A DNA stretch of 32,000 nt from Ruminococcus albus 7 = DSM 20455 (GTDB taxonomy: Bacteria > Bacillota > Clostridia > Oscillospirales > Ruminococcaceae), in contig NC_014833.1 of assembly GCF_000179635.2 (NCBI RefSeq), forward strand, positions 3,180,001 through 3,212,000, in the 5' to 3' direction. The position numbers and the translations under genes are program-made. Positions 19,041 through 27,600 of this stretch are shown one piece after another. Positions within the stretch are counted from its first letter, which is position 1. The number at the start of each line of letters is the position of its first letter. A model generated the notes under the pieces. It made no database searches, had not been told where the DNA came from, and saw only the letters and a list, made by a program, of their open reading frames with translations.

Positions 19041-19529
19041 CTATATCCGATAATCATTTACTGTATATACCTCTTCGTCAGCCTGCGGCTCTTCAAAAGC
19101 TCCCAGACATTTCTCTGCAAGTCCCTCATCAACATAATAAGCGGAACACTTCCCTGCCATTACAGCGGAATTTCGCTTTTCTATCCGTCTGAGCCATTCC
19201 TCATGCGGAACGGTGATGTAGTGTATCTCGAATACAACACCTTTCTGTGCGAAATACTCCCGCACTTCATCACGCTCAGACCTTGTCCATAAGCCGATAT
19301 CCAGCACGCTGTCAATACCGACTTCCGCATACTCACAAGCCTTTGCGAATACAAGTTTTTCCGTTCTTTCAACGTATGTATCCAGCATATCCCCTGCACC
19401 ATCGGGAAACAGTGCCAGCGTTATCTCGTCCACCGAAAGCAGAGCCGCTTTTCTGTCTCTGCACAGTTTTTTTGCATAGGTTGATTTCCCCGTACATACA
19501 AGCCCGCACAATGAAATTACTTTTGCCAT
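19041..19529 (-). CDS. P-loop NTPase / small-molecule kinase-like ATP-binding protein
   Basis: Walker A GLVCTGKST near the N-terminus; 162 aa. The stop lies 8 nt before the HAD start, so the two are probably an operon. GAGGAGG Shine-Dalgarno. Confidence 0.65.
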   Translation of the reverse strand: MAKVISLCGLVCTGKSTYAKKLCRDRKAALLSVDEITLALFPDGAGDMLDTYVERTEKLVFAKACEYAEVGIDSVLDIGLWTRSERDEVREYFAQKGVVFEIHYITVPHEEWLRRIEKRNSAVMAGKCSAYYVDEGLAEKCLGAFEEPQADEEVYTVNDYRI

Positions 19530-19553
19530 TTTTCTGCCTCCTCTATCACACCA

Positions 19554-19582
19554 AATATAGCATATAGAATCGGGATTGTCAA
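19554..19582 (-). promoter_or_regulatory. sigma-70-like promoter of the P-loop/HAD operon
   Basis: Minus strand reads TTGACA, 17 nt, TATATT, about 25 nt upstream of the ATG region. Confidence 0.5.
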
Positions 19583-19986
19583 CAGAAGTGACTAACTTTC
19601 CGGGAATGCCAAGGAGGAGAGCTTTATCTGGGTAGCGATAAAGAAGTATTTAGTAAACTAACAACATCCTATATAGACGATATACAGCGGATCCTAAAAA
19701 AACTTAACACTCTACTTTATTCGTACTGTTTGTAAAAGCTTTGGATGATATAAAATATTAATTCTTTTGTAACGAGCTGGCTACGCGATTCAAGCGTAGT
19801 CAGTTTTGTTTTGAGTTAATTGTATTATTGTAGATCCAATGATCAATGAACCTATTTAGTATAATTTATTGGATGCTATCTAACATCTTATGAGCTTTGG
19901 AATTTACTAAAATAGCCATAATATTCTTCTGCTTTATGTGATTATTGTTATCTTCCATGATTATGATTATAATTTCGGTTCATAAC

Positions 19987-20016
19987 TTGACATTAATAAA
20001 CTTAATGCGATATAAT
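19987..20016 (+). promoter_or_regulatory. sigma-70-like promoter of the toxin gene
   Basis: TTGACA, 18 nt, TATAAT. This places the transcription start near 20023 and supports the downstream ATG 20076 as the real start. Confidence 0.55.
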
Positions 20017-20075
20017 ATTGGATGTCTATTTTTGTAAATCTAATGGATTTACATACTATGAAAGGAGTCGTGTTA

Positions 20076-23000
20076 ATGAACACAATACCCAAGCGCAAAC
20101 CAACAAATAAGTTGATTGCTATGGTGCTTGCCATAACAATGACCTGCGTTTATGTGGTCGGAGATAACTATGCTCCGATTGTCGCAGAGAAAAGCAAGCC
20201 CAAATCAACTAATTTGTTAACCCAAACACTTGATTACAGTACAGACTTGTTCCCAAATACGGAACTCAGGGATGTTAGTGAACTTGTGTTGGCAGAGAAT
20301 ACGACATATATGGGCAAAGCGAGTCAATCACTGGCCGAAGCATTTGCTAATATGCCGGAGAACGTGGAGTCAAGTGAGGAACTTGAGAAAAGCGTTGCTG
20401 ATTTCAGCAAACAGATCTCAGAGCTAAAAGCTCGTACTCTTGATGAATTAAGGGGGAGCGACAATGGCTCAGCTGATTTTTCTGAATATCAGAACACCGT
20501 CGTATCAGGTTACAATGATCTTGAGGAATTACTGTCAAATGTTACTGTTGAAAATTATGAAACAGTAATGGCAGATATTTCAGCTTTGATCAATCCTGAA
20601 AAACCTTATGTTTCACTTGCTGATGATCTACCGTTTAACGATATTTCGGAAGATAATATCACCTATTCAACATATAATCCCGAATCAGTTACCAATTATC
20701 AGATTGATGACGACAGTTATTCAAGCAATGATCTTCAGCAGACAAACGATACTATAATTAATGATGATGTAAGGACTGAATTTGCTGATTTTGAGAGTGT
20801 GCTTGAAGTATATCAGTACATCAAAAACAACTACATGATGGAGTTCTATTTCGGCTCACGAAAGGGTGCTGTCGGTGCTTCTGCTGAAAAAGCCGGAAAT
20901 GACTATGATATAGCCAGCCTCCTGATCGGTGTACTTCGTGACAGGAATATCCCTGCACGATATGCGACAGGAGAAATTGAGATCACAGCTAAACAGGCCA
21001 TGGAATGGACTGCTACAGATGACATCAATGTAGCTATACGCTCAATTGCTGCTCTTGGAATCCCAACTACGGGAATGATCTCTAACGGTGAAACAGTTGC
21101 GGTCAGATTAGAGCATACATGGGTCGAAGCATATGTTCCTTATACGGATTATCGAGGAACAGGTAATCGTTCCGGCGAACGCCTTTGGATTCCGCTTGAT
21201 GCTTCTTTCAAGAAAGCAACACATCTTGACGGTAATGACCTTGAGACAATTAACGCTTATATGAGCGATGAATCAAATTATCTCAATGAAAATTCAGTTA
21301 TCAATGGAGTAAGTGTTTCAACCATAGCGAAATTGGTTGATGGCAAGGAATCGGCTTTTGTAAAGTATATGCTTGAAAACGGTTATGATTCTGTTGCTCA
21401 GGTTTTCGGTGGCAAAGAGATAATCTATGAAGATTTAGGATATTTACCGCTTTCACTGCCGTATAATAACGCTTCTGATACAGAGAGATATGACGATATC
21501 CCTCTTGATTACACTGATACCATCAACTTTAAGCTGTTTGGTAATTCGGCTTCGGGAAACAGTATCTATGGTGATGATTATATCAATAAAACCATTTATG
21601 CACCTGATGTTTACGGAAAAAGACTCACATTAACTTATGTTCCTGCAACACAGGCTGATAGTGATGTTATTTCAGAATATGGTAGTATTTTCTCAACTCC
21701 GACATATCTCGTCAAAATGAAACCTCAATTTGTTATTGATGGAGAAGTTATAGCTGAAGGTGGTGTATGTAATACAGGTTACACCCAAAAATACATTATT
21801 ACCCTTGGCAATAAAGCTTCCAGTCAGAATAACAGCGAAATAACAAATAATGTAACTGTTGGCGGAATGTATTCCATCGTTTTAGATTACGGTCATGTTT
21901 CTGAGATAGAATTAAATAATGTAAAATCTGTAGTCGATAATTTCTCCTCTAAAATGACGGAAGATAATTGCTATAACGAAAGTTACATGGGTGAAATGCT
22001 GTATGCAATAGGTAAACTTTATTTCTCTCAGCTTGATACATATAATGAAGTCGTTGCAGGTGTTCACAATGTTACAGCTACACGTTCCCTAAGCTTGGGA
22101 ATAATCGGCTTTAATGCTAACGTTACTTATACGTTTGGCGTTCCTTCCGAATTAAAGGAAGGCGGAGTGTTCCTTGATATCGGACACGATGTACATTGTG
22201 TTGTTTCAAATGATAATAGTAATGAATCTGAAAAGAAGTTCATGCTTGAAGCAGGTATGTATGCTTCTGCGATGGAACATGGTATTTTAGAGCAAGTTAC
22301 AGGAGTTGAATCTGTTTCAACTATAAAAGCGTTGCAGTATGCACAACAGAATAGTATTCCGATCCACTATATCACTAAGGAAAATCTTGATAGCGAAGTT
22401 GCACAGCTTACTTTATCTGATCATTTGATCAGTGATATCCGTTCTTCGGTTAATTCAGGAAAGATCATTATAATTCCTGAACGCGAAATAACAATACACC
22501 AGTGGACTGGCGTTGGCTATATGGTGCTTGATCCTGATACATGCGCTTGCGGATACATGATTTCAGGTGGAATGGCTGGCGGTGCTATGGCTTGGTGGGA
22601 AGTTCTTCTTAATACTGCAATAAACGTATTAGATGGTATTTGTATCGGACTAATGTGTTTAGACCTTGTTATCGCATTTCACGTGTTATTTTATCCGATG
22701 ATTATATTTGGTTGTGTGATGTCTTTTGTAGCAGGATATAGTATTGGAACTCATTTGTATAATGCTTTTTCAGGTGATGAATTTAATGTACGTGAATTCC
22801 AGGAAGCTATGATCGAACTCGCATCATTTGGTTTAACTATATGGGCTTTTGAAGGTTTAGATAAATGGATGGAGACTCCATCAGGCGAAGGTACCGGCGG
22901 AAGAACTCCTTCAGGTGAAGGAACAGAGGGTGGTAATCCAACTGGCGAAGGCACCGGAGGAAGAACTCCAGCTGGCGAAGGAACAGAAGGTGGTAATCCA

Positions 23001-23993
23001 GCCGGTGAAGGCACCGGAGGAAGAACTCCTGCTGGCGAAGGCACAGAAGGTGGTAATCCAAACGGTGAAGGCACGGGAGGAAAGACTCCTGCTGGTGAAA
23101 ATACAGAAGGAAAGAATACCATTGAACAGGCAAACGAAGAAGCTGGTAAAGCAAAGGGTGGAGCTTGCTTTATTGCTGGCACATTAATATCTACTTCATG
23201 TGGATACACTCCGATAGAGTGTATTAAAGCTGGAGATATTGTTAAGAGTTTTGACCCGGCAACGTTAAAAGTATCCAATCAGGTAGTTGAAGAAACTTTC
23301 GTTCGTCAAATTGATGAGTTGATAAAGATTTCTGTTAATGGTGAGATCATTTCTACTACTCCTGATCATCCGTTCTATGTTGCGCAAAAGGGATTTGTTG
23401 ATGCGGTAAAATTAAGAGCAGGCGATATTCTTATTACTGTTAATGGTGAATATGCCGTTATTACAATGATTCAGCATGAAATTTTAGAATCTTCTGTTGA
23501 CGTGTTTAATTTCAGAGTCTCTAATAATCACACTTACTTTGTTGGTGACAATGGAATTGGTGTTCATAATAATGATTGTGCAGAACCTAACAGTAAAATC
23601 GGAGGAAAAACTACAGCTAAAGATTGGGAAGGTAAAACCTCCGAACTGGCAAAAGAATCTCCTATTGAAATACCTGAAAATGTAGAAGGGAACATCAAAC
23701 ATAAAAATGGTTACGATCAGATTGAGTATAAATGGAGTACCGATGCGTACAAATATGAAGTAAGATGGCATACCCGTACTCCAGGTGCTCCTGAAGGTAA
23801 GGGTAATTCATGGGTAGTTACTAGAGTTACACGTGGTACACCCACAGGTCAAAGTAGAGTAACTCATATTTTGGTTGGTGAAGAATGGGTTCCTCGTTTC
23901 AAATGGCAAGCCGCAATTGATGCGTATCACGATGGCACTGCTTCAATTAGTCAATTAGAAATGTTAGATTTAGGACATGTGCCAGCACCATGA
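20076..23993 (+). CDS. polymorphic-toxin-like protein: N-terminal TM anchor, transglutaminase-like (Cys-less) core, large beta-rich region, hydrophobic helices, GEGT repeats, Hint domain, C-terminal toxin tip
   Basis: AAAGGAG lies 8 nt upstream of ATG 20076 (the track start 20022 would fall at or upstream of the predicted transcription start, ~20023). TM LIAMVLAITMTCVYVVG. TGase-like GNDYDIASLLIGVLRDRNIPARYATG .. EHTWVEAYV .. WIPLDAS. Hint motifs CFIAGT, TPDHPF, GVHNN. See findings. Confidence 0.85.
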   Translation: MNTIPKRKPTNKLIAMVLAITMTCVYVVGDNYAPIVAEKSKPKSTNLLTQTLDYSTDLFPNTELRDVSELVLAENTTYMGKASQSLAEAFANMPENVESSEELEKSVADFSKQISELKARTLDELRGSDNGSADFSEYQNTVVSGYNDLEELLSNVTVENYETVMADISALINPEKPYVSLADDLPFNDISEDNITYSTYNPESVTNYQIDDDSYSSNDLQQTNDTIINDDVRTEFADFESVLEVYQYIKNNYMMEFYFGSRKGAVGASAEKAGNDYDIASLLIGVLRDRNIPARYATGEIEITAKQAMEWTATDDINVAIRSIAALGIPTTGMISNGETVAVRLEHTWVEAYVPYTDYRGTGNRSGERLWIPLDASFKKATHLDGNDLETINAYMSDESNYLNENSVINGVSVSTIAKLVDGKESAFVKYMLENGYDSVAQVFGGKEIIYEDLGYLPLSLPYNNASDTERYDDIPLDYTDTINFKLFGNSASGNSIYGDDYINKTIYAPDVYGKRLTLTYVPATQADSDVISEYGSIFSTPTYLVKMKPQFVIDGEVIAEGGVCNTGYTQKYIITLGNKASSQNNSEITNNVTVGGMYSIVLDYGHVSEIELNNVKSVVDNFSSKMTEDNCYNESYMGEMLYAIGKLYFSQLDTYNEVVAGVHNVTATRSLSLGIIGFNANVTYTFGVPSELKEGGVFLDIGHDVHCVVSNDNSNESEKKFMLEAGMYASAMEHGILEQVTGVESVSTIKALQYAQQNSIPIHYITKENLDSEVAQLTLSDHLISDIRSSVNSGKIIIIPEREITIHQWTGVGYMVLDPDTCACGYMISGGMAGGAMAWWEVLLNTAINVLDGICIGLMCLDLVIAFHVLFYPMIIFGCVMSFVAGYSIGTHLYNAFSGDEFNVREFQEAMIELASFGLTIWAFEGLDKWMETPSGEGTGGRTPSGEGTEGGNPTGEGTGGRTPAGEGTEGGNPAGEGTGGRTPAGEGTEGGNPNGEGTGGKTPAGENTEGKNTIEQANEEAGKAKGGACFIAGTLISTSCGYTPIECIKAGDIVKSFDPATLKVSNQVVEETFVRQIDELIKISVNGEIISTTPDHPFYVAQKGFVDAVKLRAGDILITVNGEYAVITMIQHEILESSVDVFNFRVSNNHTYFVGDNGIGVHNNDCAEPNSKIGGKTTAKDWEGKTSELAKESPIEIPENVEGNIKHKNGYDQIEYKWSTDAYKYEVRWHTRTPGAPEGKGNSWVVTRVTRGTPTGQSRVTHILVGEEWVPRFKWQAAIDAYHDGTASISQLEMLDLGHVPAP
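22875..23117 (+). repeat. in-frame tandem repeat, 4 x 60 nt (20-aa unit TPxGEGTEGGNPxGEGTGGR)
   Basis: Read directly: TPSGEGTGGR TPSGEGTEGGN PTGEGTGGR TPAGEGTEGGN PAGEGTGGR TPAGEGTEGGN PNGEGTGGK TPAGENTEGKN. This stretch is more GC-rich than the surrounding gene. Confidence 0.9.
23166..23573 (+). other. Hint (pre-toxin HINT / bacterial intein-like) domain
   Basis: Begins at Cys codon 23166-23168 (block A CFIAGTLIS), block B TPDHPF (TxxH), and ends GIGVHNN (His-Asn at 23565-23570). About 135 aa with no endonuclease insert. Confidence 0.8.
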
Positions 23994-24160
23994 TAGATTA
24001 CACTTAGGAGGATTAATATATGAATCTTATAAAAATGGGAATAATGATATTGACAACACATTTTGTTTTATTGATGTCAATTTTATGTGGTACTGCTTCA
24101 ATTAGTCAATTAGAAATGCTAGATTTAGGATGTGAGCCAACACCATGATAGATTACACTT
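23937..24160 (+). repeat. direct repeat A/A' (69 nt each): toxin 3' end plus the first 16 nt of the immunity gene
   Basis: A is 23937-24005 and A' is 24092-24160, with about 6 mismatches. A encodes ..TASISQLEMLDLGHVPAP*; A' encodes ..TASISQLEMLDLGCEPTP*. Both end in ATGATAGATTACACTT. Confidence 0.9.
24020..24148 (+). CDS. 42-aa chimeric ORF (signal-peptide-like head of the 1416-aa protein fused to the last 18 residues of a toxin allele)
   Basis: Below the ORF-track size cut-off. AGGAGG lies 8 nt upstream of ATG 24020. Sequence: MNLIKMGIMILTTHFVLLMSILCG-TASISQLEMLDLGCEPTP*. Its TGA (24146-24148) overlaps the immunity ATG (24145) as ATGA. Expression is unproven. Confidence 0.4.
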   Translation: MNLIKMGIMILTTHFVLLMSILCGTASISQLEMLDLGCEPTP

Positions 24161-24504
24161 TTTATTCAAGGTTTGAGGGTGAACCTGAAATTCGATTTAT
24201 AGCCAAAAAATGTAATAATGAATGTGCAATTGCTTTATGGGAAGGTTATTTTGATAGGATAATGTCTTTAATTTATCCTGAACCAACAGGCTGGACTGGT
24301 ATAGCTTATATTTATCATATGTATATTGGTTGGTATGATGATGAAATTTGGGAACTTAAAGATATACGGGATGCTTATCATAAATTCACATCTATTAACA
24401 TTGCTGATTTAGATGAAATGAGTCAAAAAGTGTTGGTTATTATCTGCGCATTTTTGAAATTGGCAATAGAAGATGGTTATAAAGTATTCATAAGTAGATT
24501 ATAA
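24145..24504 (+). CDS. putative cognate immunity protein (small cytoplasmic protein; possibly barstar-like)
   Basis: 119 aa with no signal peptide, immediately 3' of the toxin tip. It has no strong SD of its own, and its start overlaps the preceding stop (ATGA). ALWE motif at residues 30-33; C-terminus LAIEDGYKVFISRL. Confidence 0.65.
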   Translation: MIDYTFYSRFEGEPEIRFIAKKCNNECAIALWEGYFDRIMSLIYPEPTGWTGIAYIYHMYIGWYDDEIWELKDIRDAYHKFTSINIADLDEMSQKVLVIICAFLKLAIEDGYKVFISRL

Positions 24505-24656
24505 AATAGTTTTTCTACAAAAACTGTTTTATATACATCTGAATCTAAAAAATAAACAACATAGCATTAACGAAACGTAATACTTTGCTTACTTAAATTA
24601 TTCTGTTTATTTTGACTTCATAGATTTAGGTCAACAACAATTAGGAGGATTAATAT

Positions 24657-27600
24657 ATGAATCTTTTAAAAAGAGGAATAGCGATATTGACAACCCATTT
24701 TGTTTTATCGATGTCAATTCATTGTGGAGCTATTTCTCACGACCCTATAAATCCTGTTAAGTCTTTTGATGAATTAATCGACAACTCTTTAATTTATTTT
24801 AGTAAAACTCAAAATTATGAGAATGCGTGGGTCAAAAATAATCGAGACTACACTTCAGAAATAATTAATACATTGGAATATATATATACCAATGTTAATT
24901 TCATAAATGATAATCAAATCATGTTTTTGAAAATGATGGTCAATGATTCCGCCGATTATATATGGGAAAATGACTATAATAATATCGATGATGTAGCTAA
25001 ATATCTACTTGTAGATGAAATCGTCGATGATAGTGCTATTACTTGGATTTTATCCATTCAAAACCCCGACGGAGGCTTCGGTCTTGACGAAGGCTACACC
25101 AGCGACATCATCGACACAAAGCTGGCATTAAAGGCTTTGACCGATATAGGTGAGACCGAAGCAATGACAAATGCCGCGCTTTACATAGCATCACTGCAAA
25201 ATGAGGACGGTGGCTTTAGCTATCAGCAGGGATTAAGCTCTAATGCTTATCTTACTGCCGACATCGCTAATATCCTTGTTGACACAATAGATGTCAATCC
25301 AGTGCTGTCATACTATCTTGAAGATACTTTTAAAGCACTCGATGGCTATCTTGATACAACGTTTCCGGCCTTGAAGGATCTTTCGGCATATGACCTTGAT
25401 ACAGTGTATCAGCACTTCTATTCTGCACTGTACAGTCTGAAAAGGGATGGCCGCTATGATGTATCCGCATACTATGCTTTACAGGCAGAAGATGGCGGAG
25501 TGTTTGATGATCCTTTGGCTACGGCACTTTACCTTGAGCTGCTTGTAAGAGAGCAGAATGCACTGGTAGCTAATATTGATAATATCGCTATCACCAATTA
25601 TAAGGGCTACGCTGTGTCAGCTTTCAACTCAAACGAAAACGTCAATATCAGCGTTATCAATGAGTTTGAAACCAATAAGGCACATTTTGAAATGTCAATC
25701 ATTAAGCCTGACGGTACAGCTATTCCTCTTGATGGCGATAAAGCAGTATGGAATACTGCGGAAAATCCTGATGGAGAGTATACTGTTCGTGCTGAGATAA
25801 TTCGCGACTCAAATGATGAGGTTGCAAAGTCATTTGAACAGACTTTCAGAATTCAGCATCGTTTAGCAGTTGATAGCATTACACTTGCTTTGAGTCAGCC
25901 TTATTCAAGAGTTGGTGATACTGATCCTGTTGATGTTACAGCAGAATTTGATATCAGCAACTTTACAGAGGATGATCAGCTTTCTATCAACTGGACAGTT
26001 ACTGATGTTTCAGGTACTGTGATTTCCGAAGATACAGTTGATATTACCGAAGCCGATGTGGCTATGAACTACATTCAGCTTGGCAGCTTTACTCCCGATA
26101 CCTCTGAAAGAAATGCATATATCATCAAAGCAGAGCTTATGTCAGGAGAAAACCAGATCGCTCAGACTACTACAAACTACTTTGTATCTGACAAGAGCGT
26201 TGCCATAACCTACTCTACTGACAAGGACTACCTTACAGAGATAGATGATAATGCAGAAGTAACATTAAATCTGCGTGATGAAAGGGTCGTTGACCTTATA
26301 TTCACAACCTCATCTGAGAATACTGATCTTATCGACAAATATGCTGCAGAAATCGAAACGATCAAGGATAAGCTTGAAAGCATGGGATATATTGTAAATC
26401 TCAGCAATGTTTCAACATCATTCCTTTCTGCGAAAGACGCTCATGAATGGATAGAATATGATCACCCAGGATATGATACACAAACCGGATATACAAAACA
26501 TATTGTATCTGATAAAACGAATATTCAGATGCTTGGATATCGTTATGTACCGTATAAGGATTTCCTGTTTGTTCCTGATGAGAATGATTCACAGAAGATA
26601 TTTACCTTCGATATTCAGAGGGATAAGACTGACTGGCATAGTATGAACGGAGGTGGCTTCCTCTTTAATACCGAGATTGATTCAGAAGCAAATACGATTA
26701 GCGGATATTATGTTCTCATTATGCGTGATGGATTGAGATTATATGAATTAGATAAGGTGAATCTCGATACATTCAGAAACAATGGCTATGCCGGAAAAGC
26801 AATCCAGAAATTCCAATTTAAAGATGTTTATGCGGAACATCACATTAAGATCGTTGCAAACAGCGACACTGTTTCCCTATGGGATGGCGATGACATTGTG
26901 ATCGATAACGCAGAGCTTCCTAATATCCACGGTAATGGCTATGGACCGATCACCAGTCATGCAAGTCATAGTTGTAGTCAGAGATCATATTTTACATTTG
27001 CAAATATTACAATGCAGACCATCAAGGGCGAAAAGCTCCTGAATGTTCTTGATAATTACAATTTTGAAAGTGACAATAGCAGATATGTTATAAGCCTTAG
27101 TGATACTCCCATCGAAGATCTTGATGATGAGGAAGTACAGAAAAATGTTGCGCAGAAGATTGTTGATAAGAACATAACATTTATCGGACTTGGCGATGAA
27201 GACTCTACGGAACAGTATCGGCGTATAGCTCAGCTTATCCCGGACAATGCTTCTTTCTATGAGTATTCAGATAAAACCGCAGTCAATACAATTAAGAAAA
27301 ATATCATTGATACAGAAGAAGCTAAACGAATTCTGAATCCTGATGCTGTTGTAGCAACAGACCTTACTATAACTGGTGAACTGCCTGACGGCTCATCTTT
27401 TGTTCAGCAGTATGATAAACTACATGAAGGTGAGACTATCAGCTTTGTAGTACCCGTTGATTTGAATAATCTGACATCGGGTATTGATGCTATACTTTTA
27501 AAGAACATCAGACTTGATTATACTGATGAAAACAACATCGCAAGAGTCAAGACACTTGATAAGATAACACTTCCTGTTATTGGCTCTGAAGGAAAGATCA

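Larger units (their letters stand above)
24006..24727 (+). repeat. direct repeat B/B' (85 nt each): RBS plus the first 24 codons of the 1416-aa gene
   Basis: B is 24006-24090 and B' is 24643-24727, with about 10 mismatches. Both start AGGAGGATTAATATATGAATCTT. Confidence 0.9.

Noticed and set aside
20022-20075. Upstream track start codons: 20022 for the toxin, and similarly 11662 (eno), 6269 (AAA+), 6708 (vWA), 9418 (surface protein) and 29814 (tnpC).
   Set aside because: In each case a downstream ATG has a well-spaced GGAG-type SD and gives a sensible N-terminus (signal anchor or conserved start). The upstream candidates are TTG or GTG codons or lack an SD.
22875-23117. A 60-nt tandem repeat as a possible non-coding array or CRISPR.
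   Set aside because: It is perfectly in frame within the toxin ORF and encodes a Gly/Glu/Thr/Pro linker. There are no spacers.
23166-23573. A true (splicing, mobile) intein.
   Set aside because: There is no homing-endonuclease insert. The residue after the terminal His-Asn-Asn is Asp rather than the Cys/Ser/Thr needed for splicing. The flanks are scaffold and toxin, not two halves of a conserved host protein. It fits the cleaving PT-HINT/BIL class instead.
24505-24535. A weak AT-rich hairpin (agttttt / aaaaact) followed by GTTTTA after the immunity gene, as a terminator.
   Set aside because: The 7-bp all-A/T stem is too weak to call. Read-through to the 1416-aa gene seems more likely.
24621-24642. 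A possible third, degenerate copy of repeat A (TAGATTTAGG..CAACAACA) just upstream of B'.
   Set aside because: Only a 10-mer plus a loose 8-mer match in AT-rich DNA, which could be chance. I note it as weak support for the duplication model but do not call it.
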